Counted from the stretch's first letter, positions 34,751 through 46,231 are shown. The stretch: DNA of 64,000 nt from Pachysolen tannophilus NRRL Y-2460 (GCA_001661245.1 KV454013.1:652502-716501), one strand, 5' to 3'. Notes: generated by a model not told the origin, from the letters alone. Translations and numbers: made by a program.

Positions 34751-35821
34751 TGATGAGATTTCAGCTTTAGAAAGAAAACNNNNNNNNNNNNNNNNNNNNN
34801 NNNNNNNNNNNNNNNNNNNNNNNNNNNNNNNNNNNNNNNNNNNNNNNNNNNNNNNNNNNNNNNNNNNNNNNNNNNNNNNNNNNNNNNNNNNNNNNNNNNN
34901 NNNNNNNNNNNNNNNNNNNNNNNNNNNNNNNNNNNNNNNNNNNNNNNNNNNNNNNNNNNNNNNNNNNNNNNNNNNNNNNNNNNNNNNNNNNNNNNNNNNN
35001 NNNNNNNNNNNNNNNNNNNNNNNNNNNNNNNNNNNNNNNNNNNNNNNNNNNNNNNNNNNNNNNNNNNNNNNNNNNNNNNNNNNNNNNNNNNNNNNNNNNN
35101 NNNNNNNNNNNNNNNNNNNNNNNNNNNNNNNNNNNNNNNNNNNNNNNNNNNNNNNNNNNNAAAAAAAGAAAAAATTGATTGATGAGATTTCAGCTTTAGA
35201 AAGAAAACAAAAAAAAAAAAGAAAACAAAGGGAAAAATCCATATAGCCCCTGTAATTACAAGGGCTTTGTGGTAATTACGTCATTTATTCCTAGAGCCCC
35301 AGTTAGGGTTTCAAGAGAAAAGATCAACAGCCCCTATCAATTACTTTTTAGTAACTTATCACACTACTTGCAACTTTCTCTTTTACTCTTTTTCTTTTTT
35401 ACCCTCTTTTTAAGAAAAGTAAAAAAAATCGGTTTTCAATCTAGCAAACACTTTTTAACTTTGCCATCGAGGAACATCACATCAAGTTACTTTTTGTTAT
35501 AGGAAATTTTTATAATTTTATTAGAATTTTTAAAAAATTATAAAAATTATAAAAAATATAGATATATATATATATTATATTATATTAAATTAAACTTAAT
35601 TCAATTAAAGAATTTGTTTATAAAGAAATATTAAAATATTAAAATATTAAGATATATAATTGATCGATTTTAAATTTAATTTAATTTAAATTTTTCAATA
35701 TTTTTAATTTTTAATTTCTAATTTTTTTTTTAAAAAATATAAAAGGAAAAATAATCAAATAAATAAATAAATCAAATTTTTATTTTTATTTTTTCTTTTT
35801 AATTTCTTCTTTGTTGGAATA

Positions 35822-36724
35822 ATGTCTTCTCCATCAGTTTGTTGTGGCGGTTCATGCGTCTCCAAGAAATCAAATTCTTTACTTACTTGGAAGAATCCTG
35901 TTGAAACAGGTGCTATTTTTGGTTCAATTGTGGTTTCATTATTGGTTTTAAAATATGTCAATGTGATCAATTTATTATTCAGACTGTTATTTGTTATTTT
36001 ATTAGGTTCTTCAATTGCAGAATATTCGGGAAAATTAATTACAGGTACAGGCTTTGTTACTAGATTTAGACCAGCTTATTCAAATTATTTTCAAAAAAAT
36101 GCTGATTTAGTAAGCGCCCATTTTGCTCAATATTTAAATTTATTAGAAACTACTATTCAGGAGTTAATTTATGCTAAAAATATTGAAATTACATTAAAAG
36201 CAGGTGCATTATCTTATATTTTATTTAAACTCACATTATGGTTTTCTATTTTCACATTATTACTTACTTCAACCATAGTTGCTTTTACTGCTCCTTTTAT
36301 TTATGAAAATAATAAAAAACAAATTGATGAATTATTGGTCAAATATACAAAAATTTCAAAACAAAAATTTTTTGAATTACAAGAAGTTGTAAAAGAAAAA
36401 GCAGAACCATTATTGGAAAAAGCTGGTCCTGTAGGAAATTTCATCAAATCAAAATTGGCTTCAAGTAGAACTGCTACATCAACAGTTAATGCTCCAGCTC
36501 CAAAGACAGATGGTACACCTGCATTTGGATCTTCCACAGGAGTTTCAGCTTCTACAGCAGATTCTACCAATACAACCAATGCTAGATTTCCTTCGGTACC
36601 AGATTCAGAAGTTCCTACATCAACTCTTAACCATAAAGTTGAAAATAATTCAAATGAACCAATCGATATTAATGCTGCAGAATTAGCAGATTCTATCATT
36701 AAAAATAAAGCACACGCTTTATAA
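35822..36724 (+). CDS. RTN1: Reticulon
   Basis: LLTWKNPVETGAIFG, two long hydrophobic hairpins and FTAPFIYE.NKKQID. Confidence 0.93.
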   Translation: MSSPSVCCGGSCVSKKSNSLLTWKNPVETGAIFGSIVVSLLVLKYVNVINLLFRLLFVILLGSSIAEYSGKLITGTGFVTRFRPAYSNYFQKNADLVSAHFAQYLNLLETTIQELIYAKNIEITLKAGALSYILFKLTLWFSIFTLLLTSTIVAFTAPFIYENNKKQIDELLVKYTKISKQKFFELQEVVKEKAEPLLEKAGPVGNFIKSKLASSRTATSTVNAPAPKTDGTPAFGSSTGVSASTADSTNTTNARFPSVPDSEVPTSTLNHKVENNSNEPIDINAAELADSIIKNKAHAL

Positions 36725-37225
36725 ACATGAATAAAGAAAAAAATATTTTTTTAAATAAGCAAGAGGCAGTCTTTTTTTTTTTTTTTTACTTTTGTTCAAT
36801 CGAGAGAGCAGGAATAAATTAATCCTATCATTATAGTCATCAAGTTCTTTTATCTTTTTTTTTTTTTTTTTTTAATTTTTTTTATATTATTATTATTAAT
36901 TTAACTCCTTGATTTCTGTGAGTGTTGTGTAGTTTTTTTTTTATTTTTATTTTTTATTTCATTGCCGTGTTATTGACTAGTATATACTATATTTAATTTT
37001 GTCTCTCTGTTTTTGGTTGCTTTTTCAAGTTTTGTTAATTATTTTATTATAACTGAAGGAATTCTTTCAGTGTAGCAAACAAGAGAAAAATTTTTAGTTT
37101 TTTTTTTTTTTTTTTTACTTTTTATACTTCCCTTATCTTATCTACTACAGTCGAACAAATTGACTCCCTGAAAAGGGTTAAACAAAACCAATTAAAGAGT
37201 TATTACTAAAATAAATATATCATTC

Positions 37226-37312
37226 AATAAATAAAATAAATAAATAAAATAAATAAAATAAATAAAATAAATAAAATAAATAAAATAAATAAAATAAATA
37301 AAATAAATAAAA
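37226..37312. repeat. (AATAAATAA)n 9-bp tandem repeat just after the NDUFA5 stop
   Basis: Direct reading. Confidence 0.85.
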
Positions 37313-37321
37313 TTATATAAA

Positions 37322-37723
37322 CTACTTTCTATCAAAATAAACCCATTGATCATCCAATGGTTTTTCTTGTAATTCCTCCCAACATTTCCATTCTGCTAAT
37401 TTATTTGATAATTCATACTCTTCATAAGCTTGAACTAATAATTCCTCAATTAATCCATTTCCAATTTTATTTTCAATATTTTCAATAATTTCATTTTCTT
37501 CTACAATAGATAACCGATTTTTAGTCATTGTCTCAACAGATTTCTTATAAATAGATTCATTTGGAAATTTTTCTTTTAAATTATCCAATGTTTTCTTATA
37601 TAAAAGAATAAGTGGAGGTCTAGGATTAGGATGTTGAAATAATCCAGTTAACCCTGTAGGATTACCTTTATTAGCCTTCACCAAAATTTCTTGAGCTTGT
37701 CTCAAATAAGAAAAATATTTCAT
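37322..37723 (-). CDS. Complex I accessory subunit NDUFA5/B13
   Basis: PTGLTGL..HPNPR..L..LY, Y.KSVE..T..RL, IENKIG.GLIEE and WEEL.EKP..DQW. Confidence 0.92.
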   Translation of the reverse strand: MKYFSYLRQAQEILVKANKGNPTGLTGLFQHPNPRPPLILLYKKTLDNLKEKFPNESIYKKSVETMTKNRLSIVEENEIIENIENKIGNGLIEELLVQAYEEYELSNKLAEWKCWEELQEKPLDDQWVYFDRK

Positions 37724-37999
37724 TTTTTTATTTAATTCAATTGATTAAATCAATTGATCTCTCAATATATAAAAATAATAAATTTAAATTCAATCAATTA
37801 TTAATAATAAAATATATAGTATATTTATCTCTTCTATATCACACCATCAAATAAAACCCCTCCAAAAACAAACAGCCCCAAAAATAATTCAATTTTTTTT
37901 AAGGAAAAAAACATCGTCAAAAAACAAGGGCTGGGTCGGGTTTATATGTGTGTGTGTTTTCTTCGTTGTCTCTTTCATATTACGAAGTTTGACCTACCA

Positions 38000-38030
<31 letters not shown>

Positions 38031-38091
38031 TTATTTATTAAATAAAAATTAATAAATATTAAAAGTTATAAAATTTAATAAGTTGTTTAAG

Positions 38092-38437
38092 ATGGTTTCA
38101 CAAGAATTTACTGATAAAGTATGTAATTGAGTGTTTTTTTACTTTTTTTTTGTGATTTTTAAGTTAATCGCCGTTACTAACAAATTTTCTTTTTTTTCTT
38201 TAGGCAAAAACTGTTTCTGAATTATCCAAGAGACCAAACGATGATGAATTGTTGAAGTTATACGGATTGTATAAGCAAGCTACTGTTGGCGATAACACTA
38301 CCGAGAAACCAGGTATGTTTGATTTTAAAGGCAAGTTTAAATGGGAAGCCTGGAATAATGAAAAAGGTATTTCTCAGGAAGAAGCTGAAAAGCAATATAT
38401 TGAATTTGCAGATCAAATGATTTCTAAATATAATTGA
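38092..38437 (+). CDS. ACB1: Acyl-CoA-binding protein; exons 38092-38118 and 38204-38437
   Basis: Intron GTATGT (38119)...TACTAAC (38175)...TAG (38203). Spliced product MVSQEFTDK|AKTVSELSKRPNDDELLKLYGLYKQATVGD. Confidence 0.96.
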
Positions 38438-38636
38438 TATATAAGTTATGTTTCTTTCAAGAATTCTTTCAACAACAACAACAGCACCAAAAAAAAAGAA
38501 AAAAAAAAAATTTTGAAAGCATAATAATTGAAAAGTCTCTTTAGGCTGGCTCTCTTGCTTTTATCAACTAGTTTATGGGTTAATTGAAAAAAAAAAAAAA
38601 GAAGAAGAAAAAAAACACAAAAAAAGGCAAAGATGT

Positions 38637-39251
38637 TTATTCATTTTTTTTAGATTTTAAAAATTCCATCTGTAGTAAATTTGTAATTCTTTTCGTAAAA
38701 TCAATAAATATGATGGCAGGTATTAAAAAAGTTGGAAAATAAACAAAAATTAAATTTATAACTTCTCCATTTGTTAATCCATTCTCTGGTCCTTTAAAAT
38801 AAACATAAAATAAACATACCAAAGTTGTTAATGAAGCATTGAATCCATAAATCAAATTACAAACATATAGTTTTGGATTTGGAGTAACAGTTACCGAAAA
38901 TTTTTTTTTCAAAAATGTAATACAATAGTAAATGAAAAATGGTAATTGGAATAAAATTTCAATCAATCCAAAAATCTTTAACCATAATTCAACATCACCA
39001 GCTAATAAGAAATCATTATTGCTTGAAATGTGGAAAGATAATATAGTTTTCTGTAATTCCAATTGAAATTCTTTTGGTATAACTAATGTTGAATCAATCA
39101 AAACAGTTATCGGTATATGGATTAAACTAAATAAATAAAAGTTAGCAATTAACGTCTATACATATATAATCATCTATCATCATCATCATCATTATAACAT
39201 GGCTTACTAATATAAGAAGTAGAATCTATCTAGAAATTGTTGTGAACTCAT
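38637..39251 (-). CDS. EMA19: EXPERA/TMEM97-family ER membrane protein; exons 39251-39208 and 39126-38637
   Basis: Intron GTAAGC...TGCTAAC...TAG (39207-39127) restores FYFLYYLIHIPITVLIDS; also DFLL, E..FQLPFF and YGFNASLTT. Confidence 0.85.
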
Positions 39252-39443
39252 TTTTATCCTTGTTGTATAAATTTAATGTATCACATATATTTATGTGTTG
39301 AAATGAAAATAATTTTGCAACCCGTTTTAAATTATACTATACATAATATAATATAAAATATATATAAATATAAATATATATATATATTTATTTATATTTA
39401 TTTATATACAAAATCTATAGTCTACTTCTATGATTTTTCCCGA

Positions 39444-40571
39444 ATGTGTTCTGCTACGGAGAAATCTTTAAATCCATTGGTAAAACTTATTCAAAAAGTA
39501 TTACAAGAAAATGATCCATCATTGAAAGTTGTATTTCTGGTAGGCGCTGGTATTTCTACATCTGCTGGTATACCCGATTTCCGCTCTCCCAAAACTGGTT
39601 TATATCATAATTTATCTAAATTGAATTTGCCATACCCAGAACTGGTTTTCGATATTGATTTTTTTGCTAAAAATCCAAAACCTTTTAATTTATTGTGTAA
39701 TGAATTATATCCGGGGAAATTTTTACCTACAAAATTTCATTATTTAATTAAACTTTTCCATGATAAGAATTTACTTAAAAGATGTTATACTCAAAATATT
39801 GATAATTTAGAAAGACTTGCTGGGTTGCCGGATGATAAGGTTGTTGAAGCTCATGGTTCGTTTGTGAAAAATCATTGCATCAAATGCCATGAAGAATTGA
39901 GTATTAAAGAATTTCGTTCGTTCTTAGTTAAAGATGAGATACCTAAATGTTCCAAGTGTAAAAATTATGTTAAGCCAGATATAGTATTTTTCGGCGAAGC
40001 TTTACCTCATGAGTTTTTTGATAAATGGGATGAAGATTTAAGCGATGGAATTGATGTTTGTATTGTTGCTGGTACTTCATTACAAGTATATCCATTTGCA
40101 ACATTACCAGGAGAGACTCCAGACTCTACATGGAGAATCTTAATTAATAGAGAAAAATGTGGCGATTTTGAAATGAATAGTAGGAAAAAAGATTTAGTAT
40201 TATTGGGGGATGCTGATGAAATTGCTTCCATGCTTATCAAGCAGTTGGGGTGGGAAGATGATTTAAATAAGTTGCTTGAAAATGGCCGTGCGCTATTGAA
40301 AGAGAATAAACTTACATTATTCAAAGATGAAGAATTAATAGTGGAAACAGCTGAGGAAAGATCTAAAGAGTTGGCTAAGGAAATTGCAGAAGTTGAAACC
40401 GCAGAGGAAAAGAAGCCTATCGAAGAAGATAAGAATGTTACTGAACTTCTCGGTGAAATCGAAAAATTGGATATTGGTTCAAAAAATGACAATGCTAACA
40501 AAGATAGTAAAGGAAAAGATAATGAGGAAAAGAATATTAAGGAGAAAGATGCCGAGGATAAAAAAAGATAG
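39444..40571 (+). CDS. HST2: NAD+-dependent deacetylase (Hst2/SIRT2 class)
   Basis: GAGISTSAGIPDFRSP, YTQNID, HGSF, CxxC...CxxC, KPDIVFFGE and GTSL.VYPFA. Confidence 0.95.
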   Translation: MCSATEKSLNPLVKLIQKVLQENDPSLKVVFLVGAGISTSAGIPDFRSPKTGLYHNLSKLNLPYPELVFDIDFFAKNPKPFNLLCNELYPGKFLPTKFHYLIKLFHDKNLLKRCYTQNIDNLERLAGLPDDKVVEAHGSFVKNHCIKCHEELSIKEFRSFLVKDEIPKCSKCKNYVKPDIVFFGEALPHEFFDKWDEDLSDGIDVCIVAGTSLQVYPFATLPGETPDSTWRILINREKCGDFEMNSRKKDLVLLGDADEIASMLIKQLGWEDDLNKLLENGRALLKENKLTLFKDEELIVETAEERSKELAKEIAEVETAEEKKPIEEDKNVTELLGEIEKLDIGSKNDNANKDSKGKDNEEKNIKEKDAEDKKR

Positions 40572-40783
40572 CGATTACAAATTTGATAACTGATAATATA
40601 AATTACGTTGGACTTATTAGTGAGCCAACCAGAAATATTTTTCATTCAAAATTCACAAAATATCTTAACTCAATATTTCAGACAATAATAAATACTTAAA
40701 AATAAAAATAAAAATAAAATAAAAAAAGAATATATACCACTTACTTTTAAAAAACTCATCCAATTTGTAGATATACCTGCCAT

Positions 40784-42148
40784 CTACCATTGCATAAACT
40801 CTGTCTCAGGGTTTGAACCTTGACATTCAACTTCTTTACAAAAATCTTCCAATTCCAGAGCTTCATCTGACTGTTTCTTACCACCAACATAAGCTGGATT
40901 AATTGGCTTTCCAGCTTCTTTTTCCTTTGCCCAATGTTCTTTTACCATTTCTTTAACAATTTTTTGGTAAAATAAGACACCATTTTCCTTTTTAGGGTGC
41001 AAGTATCCTGTAGAGTAAACACCTTCATTTAAATTTTTTTGTGTTAATTCACACAAGTTGAAGTCTTCCAATTCAACAAGCTGTAAGAAATCAACAAATT
41101 CCTTTTTCTTGTCATCAGCTAAACCTTTCTTGGTGAAAATATCATATTGCAAGATTGTATGAGTTGCAGTGATTGGTAAAACTCTAATAGAATACCAAGC
41201 TGGAGAATAGCAATTTACACCATTACTTGGATACAAGTAAACCCATAAACCATTAAATTCCCCACCTGGGTTTTCCTTCTTACCTTCTTTCTTCAGTGGT
41301 TTTGCTTCATTTTTCTTTTTACCGAAACCAAACCAAGAAGAATTATTTTCATCTTCATCATCATTGTCTTCAGGTATTTCAACTTCTTCTTTAACAATTT
41401 CTGCATAATGTCTGCAGTAGTTATTTTTTGGTACAACTTTATAAGTAGACATCTTAAAAGCTGCATTAAGACCTGGATGAGCAGTTGGACAATGATAACA
41501 CTCTTGATAACCGTCCATCAAAGTTTTCCAATTGAACTGACCATCCAACTCATAACTCATGTGATATTCATAATCTGAGAAATCGTACTCGTGCATTTCA
41601 TCTTGTAAACCTTTATACCAATCATCAAAGGGAATTGGACCTTCCTCAGTTGCATCGAAATTGACAAAGATTAAACCTTGATCAGTAACATGAGTTCTAA
41701 TACCAAATAATCCATTCTCTTCTTTCTTAAAACCTTGAACATCGTCAAAATGTGGTGCTTTAGTCAAATTACCATCTGCATTATACGACCAACCATGATA
41801 TTTACAACCAAGGATAACTGAAGAACCTTTCTCCTTTCTTACAACTGGATAAGCTCTGTGACGACAAACGTTATGAAAAGCTTTGATTTCATTACTTTTG
41901 GTCTTAATTAAGAAAAAATTAATACCAGTGACGTTATAACTGAAATAATCACCTGCTTTCTTAAACCTTGAAGCATGAGCTGTATATAACCATGTCTTGT
42001 GGAAAATAGCTCTTTTCTCTAATTCAAAAATTTTTTCAGAAGTCCACCATGAAGCAGGTAATGTATGCTCACCTGGCATTAAAACTTCTTGTACTTGATC
42101 TACTTGCGATGGTACAGGTTGAACTTCTGCAATACTTGCTGCTGACAT
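40784..42148 (-). CDS. Rieske non-heme iron oxygenase, choline monooxygenase-like
   Basis: Rieske CRHR...CKYHGW; mononuclear-iron motif NWK...DGYQECYHCPTAH. Confidence 0.85.
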   Translation of the reverse strand: MSAASIAEVQPVPSQVDQVQEVLMPGEHTLPASWWTSEKIFELEKRAIFHKTWLYTAHASRFKKAGDYFSYNVTGINFFLIKTKSNEIKAFHNVCRHRAYPVVRKEKGSSVILGCKYHGWSYNADGNLTKAPHFDDVQGFKKEENGLFGIRTHVTDQGLIFVNFDATEEGPIPFDDWYKGLQDEMHEYDFSDYEYHMSYELDGQFNWKTLMDGYQECYHCPTAHPGLNAAFKMSTYKVVPKNNYCRHYAEIVKEEVEIPEDNDDEDENNSSWFGFGKKKNEAKPLKKEGKKENPGGEFNGLWVYLYPSNGVNCYSPAWYSIRVLPITATHTILQYDIFTKKGLADDKKKEFVDFLQLVELEDFNLCELTQKNLNEGVYSTGYLHPKKENGVLFYQKIVKEMVKEHWAKEKEAGKPINPAYVGGKKQSDEALELEDFCKEVECQGSNPETEFMQW

Positions 42149-44008
42149 TTTTCACGGCACTAATACTTTGGTACTATAGTTATTAAGAACTACAATATTT
42201 TACAAAAATCTTATAATCATCTGGGGGGGAAATATTACAAGAATATATACTTCTTACTTCCCCAGGAAATCATGTACCAGATTGGGAAAGCACTTTCATA
42301 TTATCATTATCATAAATAATTTTTACTATTGATTCCTTAAACCGTTAGTGCAATTCCTGTCAAGCAGAGATAGCATCTTATTACTGATAGCGGCGACAGC
42401 TGTCAAGACGCAGGATTTATCTCTTATCATTTTTTCCCAATTTGGTAAAAATAAACCGGGCGCACTACTTTTTTTGGGTGGTAATCATCTTTCGTGGGAT
42501 TGGCAGGACGATTGTGAGAACGATGGGAAGGACAATGGGCGGAGACTAGTAGGGCCAGGGCCAGCGACTAGTAAGGAAGGGGGTAAGATGGATAAGCCAA
42601 CAAACAAATGAGCCTGTTCACCAATATTATATTCTTGGCTATATTTACCGAAAGTTCCTGTTTTCAAGATCTGTTAGTTATGTCTTTAAAGTCGTCAGCG
42701 ATAGCCTGATCCAGTATATCTATATCTTGTGTTTATACACCATTCTTCTCCTCGTCTCTTTTCCTATTTCTGTAAATTATTACTAGTCTATGAATGATTG
42801 ATAAAAGCACAGTTTCCAAAAAAAGTATTAGACCTACTGGGGAGGTTACTCTCTTTGGATATTTTGAAAGATACGTGGGCTAGTAGCTCGAAGCTAAGAT
42901 TAGTGTATGAGTTGCCTGGTTCTTCTTATTGGCTGTATACGGATTTTGCGATATGACCAACTGATTATCAGTTCAGTAACCTTATTGTTGGCCCAGTTCA
43001 ATTGAAACAAAGCAAAATGACAACCAATATCTACAATGTTATCTTAATTATTTTCAACAACAGGTAGTTGCTCCTCAAGATATCAATCATCCATCCAGCA
43101 TTATTTGGAAAATCAGTATAAATGAAAAAGAAAAAAATCACTAACTAGATGATGATATTCATTAGCTCAAGAAAACAGCTCATTCTAAAGAATTGTTTGT
43201 TTCTAATTTAAAACTCCCAAGATAAACCACATCTCCACCCTAATATTGCAGATGTATATCACTCAAAAAGAATAAAAGCCGATCAATCAAAATAACTAAA
43301 TTATTTGTAAGTTTAGCAACATGTGCTTCCCCAAATGATGTAATTTCCAAAACTAATATTCAACCGCCAAAACTTGTTGTTCAAATAATAGATCAAAAGC
43401 ATTAATTAAAACCTTGATATGTCTAAGAAATGTAATATAAAAATCAACTTTTTTCTTCTCGTGATAAGTTTGAAAAAAAAAATATTAAATTGCAGTTCTT
43501 ACTTCACTTCAGAAGCATCCTCATCATTTCTCAGACAACTTTAAATCGAGAAGATTAAAATTATATCCAAAAAATATATGATATTATTAATTAAGATCAC
43601 GGCCATAAAGATGCAAGGTATCTCTAATTTTCCTTTTAAGTAGTCGTATCGATAAGGAAAGCCTTCACTTTTCGGAATGGTGCAAGGTGCCGGAATATAA
43701 AATACGATATCAGATAAACGTTAGGTTATTATATTATTTCCTAGAGCGCATCTATAGATGACCTAAAGTTAACCATCTACACATCCCACACCACATCAAA
43801 TATATATTTGATTTCATTTATTTTACTGTTTCCATTTCAATTTTCATTTATTATTTTACTTAAATCGTAAACATTAAATTCTATAGAGCATTCATTACAG
43901 TATGGTTACAATAATATAATAACAACAACAAGCAAAAAAGAGAAAGAGAGAAAGACAAACAAGACAAAAAAAAAAAGTATATAAATATGCAGTTGTGACT
44001 TTTAGTCA

Positions 44009-45109
44009 TTAATCATTAATCAAACCTTTGTTAGCCAATTCATTTAGTATACTACCCATGATGAAATTCCTTGAACTTATGGTGTCCACATCACGTACTT
44101 CTTTTAAACTTAAATCTATCTTGGCCTTTTCTTTTGCATTTATTAATTTACTAATTATCACACAAGTTAAAGCAATAACAAAAATTCCACAATCATATTC
44201 ATTTTTCTGTTGTGGAGCAGACTTTATGGGAATATATTTAAAATCCCAATTAATATGTTTTTTCAGAGGTTTTGATGAATTATAATTTTCATTGAAAAAA
44301 AAATTCAATTTTTTTATTAATATCTTGGATTCTTCCTCATTTGACCCAATTAAACTATCATACAGGAAAACTTTTGCATCCAGAACCAGAACTACAAGTA
44401 AAGACCAATGTGATCCACCATCGTTTAAAGGAAGTATTAAAAAGCTCGATTGGACAATGTTTGAAGGTAAAATCGTTTTTAATTCTAAAGGTAATAAATT
44501 TGAATTGGCTAGTAAATAACACATACTAGGCGTTAGCAATACAATTTTGTCCTTCAAGTTAAATTTTTTCTCAAATGGTTTTATTTGTAACTCGTAAAGC
44601 ATGGAATAACAATAAGTGATTATATTATCGTTCAACCATTCTCCAACTTGTAAAGTATATAAATCTTCTTTATATATGGTGGTTTCTTTCATCAAAAAAG
44701 AAGATTTTTCCACTTTCATACCTTTATCATACCGCAATTTTAAAGTTTGACGTTCATCTTTTGGATTTGAACCATTAATACCAATAATATTCTTATTTTT
44801 GTGAAGACCCAACTTCCGTTGCTCCCTCTTAGCTTTTCTCAACTCTTTTCTTTCTTGTTTGGACAATCTTGTTCTCAATTTACTATTTGTTGGTATTACT
44901 TCTTTTTCTTTTTCTTGGTCATCGCTTTCATCATTAACATCATTACCAGCTATTAAATTGTTAAACCCATTTGGCCATTGTAAAACATCAAACCCATTAG
45001 TTACTATGGGCAGAATATTCTCTTCTTCACTTTCAAGACCTTCATCAATATCTTCATACCCATTCGGTATATAAAATCCTTTGTTCTTGCTAAATACAGT
45101 TTTAATCAT
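44009..45109 (-). CDS. Ulp1/C48-family cysteine protease, SENP8/NEDP1-like
   Basis: EWLNDNII, LPLND.GSHWSLLV, YDS and QQKNEYDCG (His-Asp-Cys triad). The ATG at 45109 is preferred because the ATG at 45229 adds only poly-T-encoded sequence. Confidence 0.8.
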   Translation of the reverse strand: MIKTVFSKNKGFYIPNGYEDIDEGLESEEENILPIVTNGFDVLQWPNGFNNLIAGNDVNDESDDQEKEKEVIPTNSKLRTRLSKQERKELRKAKREQRKLGLHKNKNIIGINGSNPKDERQTLKLRYDKGMKVEKSSFLMKETTIYKEDLYTLQVGEWLNDNIITYCYSMLYELQIKPFEKKFNLKDKIVLLTPSMCYLLANSNLLPLELKTILPSNIVQSSFLILPLNDGGSHWSLLVVLVLDAKVFLYDSLIGSNEEESKILIKKLNFFFNENYNSSKPLKKHINWDFKYIPIKSAPQQKNEYDCGIFVIALTCVIISKLINAKEKAKIDLSLKEVRDVDTISSRNFIMGSILNELANKGLIND

Positions 45110-45269
45110 AGTCGGCCCGATAGAAGAAATATAAGAAAAACACAAAAAAAAAAAAAATAAAAAAATAAAAAATACAAAAAAAAAATTAATACCTAAAAAA
45201 TAGTACGAATTTTCCATAATTGATAACATGGAATGGTATAGTATAAAGTGAGCAAGAAATCTATGAATA

Positions 45270-45870
45270 ATGGTAAAGTAAGTATGATTTTGAAAAATTT
45301 AATCTGATAGAGAGAATTCTGTTAACCTGTATTTATAGTCCACTTATTGCTGAAGATTCATTACCGTTGAATTATAATACTCCACCATTCCCATCATTAT
45401 ATTGGCCTCTAGGTTCAACTCATAGTTCTTATAAGAGTTCATATTTATATTATACAAAAGAAATATGGTGGTTTACAGTGGTGTGGACGATGATTTTTTT
45501 CCTGGGGTTTTATTGTGCTAGTGGGATAATACTGTGTGTTAATAATAGCCGACGTAGCTTTATTCTTGGAGGGTTATACATAATTTTTTACATAGTGATT
45601 GGATGTATTCAAGGATTTATAAGTGGTACAGTTGTTGGAATAATGTGAGTATAAGAGATATTTAAGTTTTTAAGCTATCTATTTTATTTTATTTTATTTT
45701 ATTTTTATTTTTATTTGTTTTGTTTTACTAACAACATGAGTTTAAGAATTGCTGAAATTTACCGATCGGGTCAATTTTCAATGTCTACATGGATACCAAT
45801 GGCATGGGGTGTTATACAAATCTTATTTGCCACGTTAACGTCTTACTCTATGACTTCTGTTGTGATTTAG
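45270..45870 (+). CDS. TMEM170-family membrane protein (YPR153W/May24-like); exons 45270-45277, 45339-45644, 45747-45870
   Basis: Introns GTAAGT...TGTTAAC...TAG and GTGAGT...TACTAAC...AAG. Spliced product contains TPPFPSLYW, IWWFTVVWT and IYRSGQFSMSTWIPMAWG. Confidence 0.85.
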
Positions 45871-46231
45871 TAATTACAAATCTTTAATGACTTATTTATA
45901 ATGAAATATAAATATAATATAAAATAATATAATATAATAAGTAAACCTATTCTAAAATAGGTTAAAAAAGCAATAACATGACTGGGGGAAAAAATGCAAA
46001 AATATAAATAAAAGAATATTAAAATATTCATAAAAATAGCTGTAGCTTAATACATATAATTAGAATAACTGCAACGGATAATTTAAACATCTAAAATCCT
46101 CCTCTCCTTCCTAATTCCATCGCTTCTGAATATCTTTCATAAAAATATAAACACGAATATATAATTCCTCAAGTCCATATGGTCGAATATTGAAGATACC
46201 ACTCATTGTGGTCCCGAACTTCTCCTATCTA

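Noticed and set aside
34740..35210. Direct repeat TTGATTGATGAGATTTCAGCTTTAGAAAGAAAAC on both sides of a gap (possible LTR or target-site duplication)
   Set aside because: It sits exactly at the contig ends next to homopolymers, so it is best explained as an unmerged contig overlap.
40007..40645. 212-aa antisense ORF (and other short ORFs overlapping real genes, e.g. 36301-36699, 51347-51799)
   Set aside because: Shadow frames of biased coding sequence, with no motifs and mostly non-ATG starts.
42348..43400. Short ORFs or a possible pseudogene upstream of the Rieske gene
   Set aside because: Manual translations gave no recognisable motif or splice pattern.
44370..44400. CTG codons in the SENP8-like LLVV[CTG]V[CTG]D as evidence for CUG-Ser
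   Set aside because: The first position is often Ser in fungal homologues but tolerates small residues. It is ambiguous and outweighed by the Ala sites; kept as a caveat.
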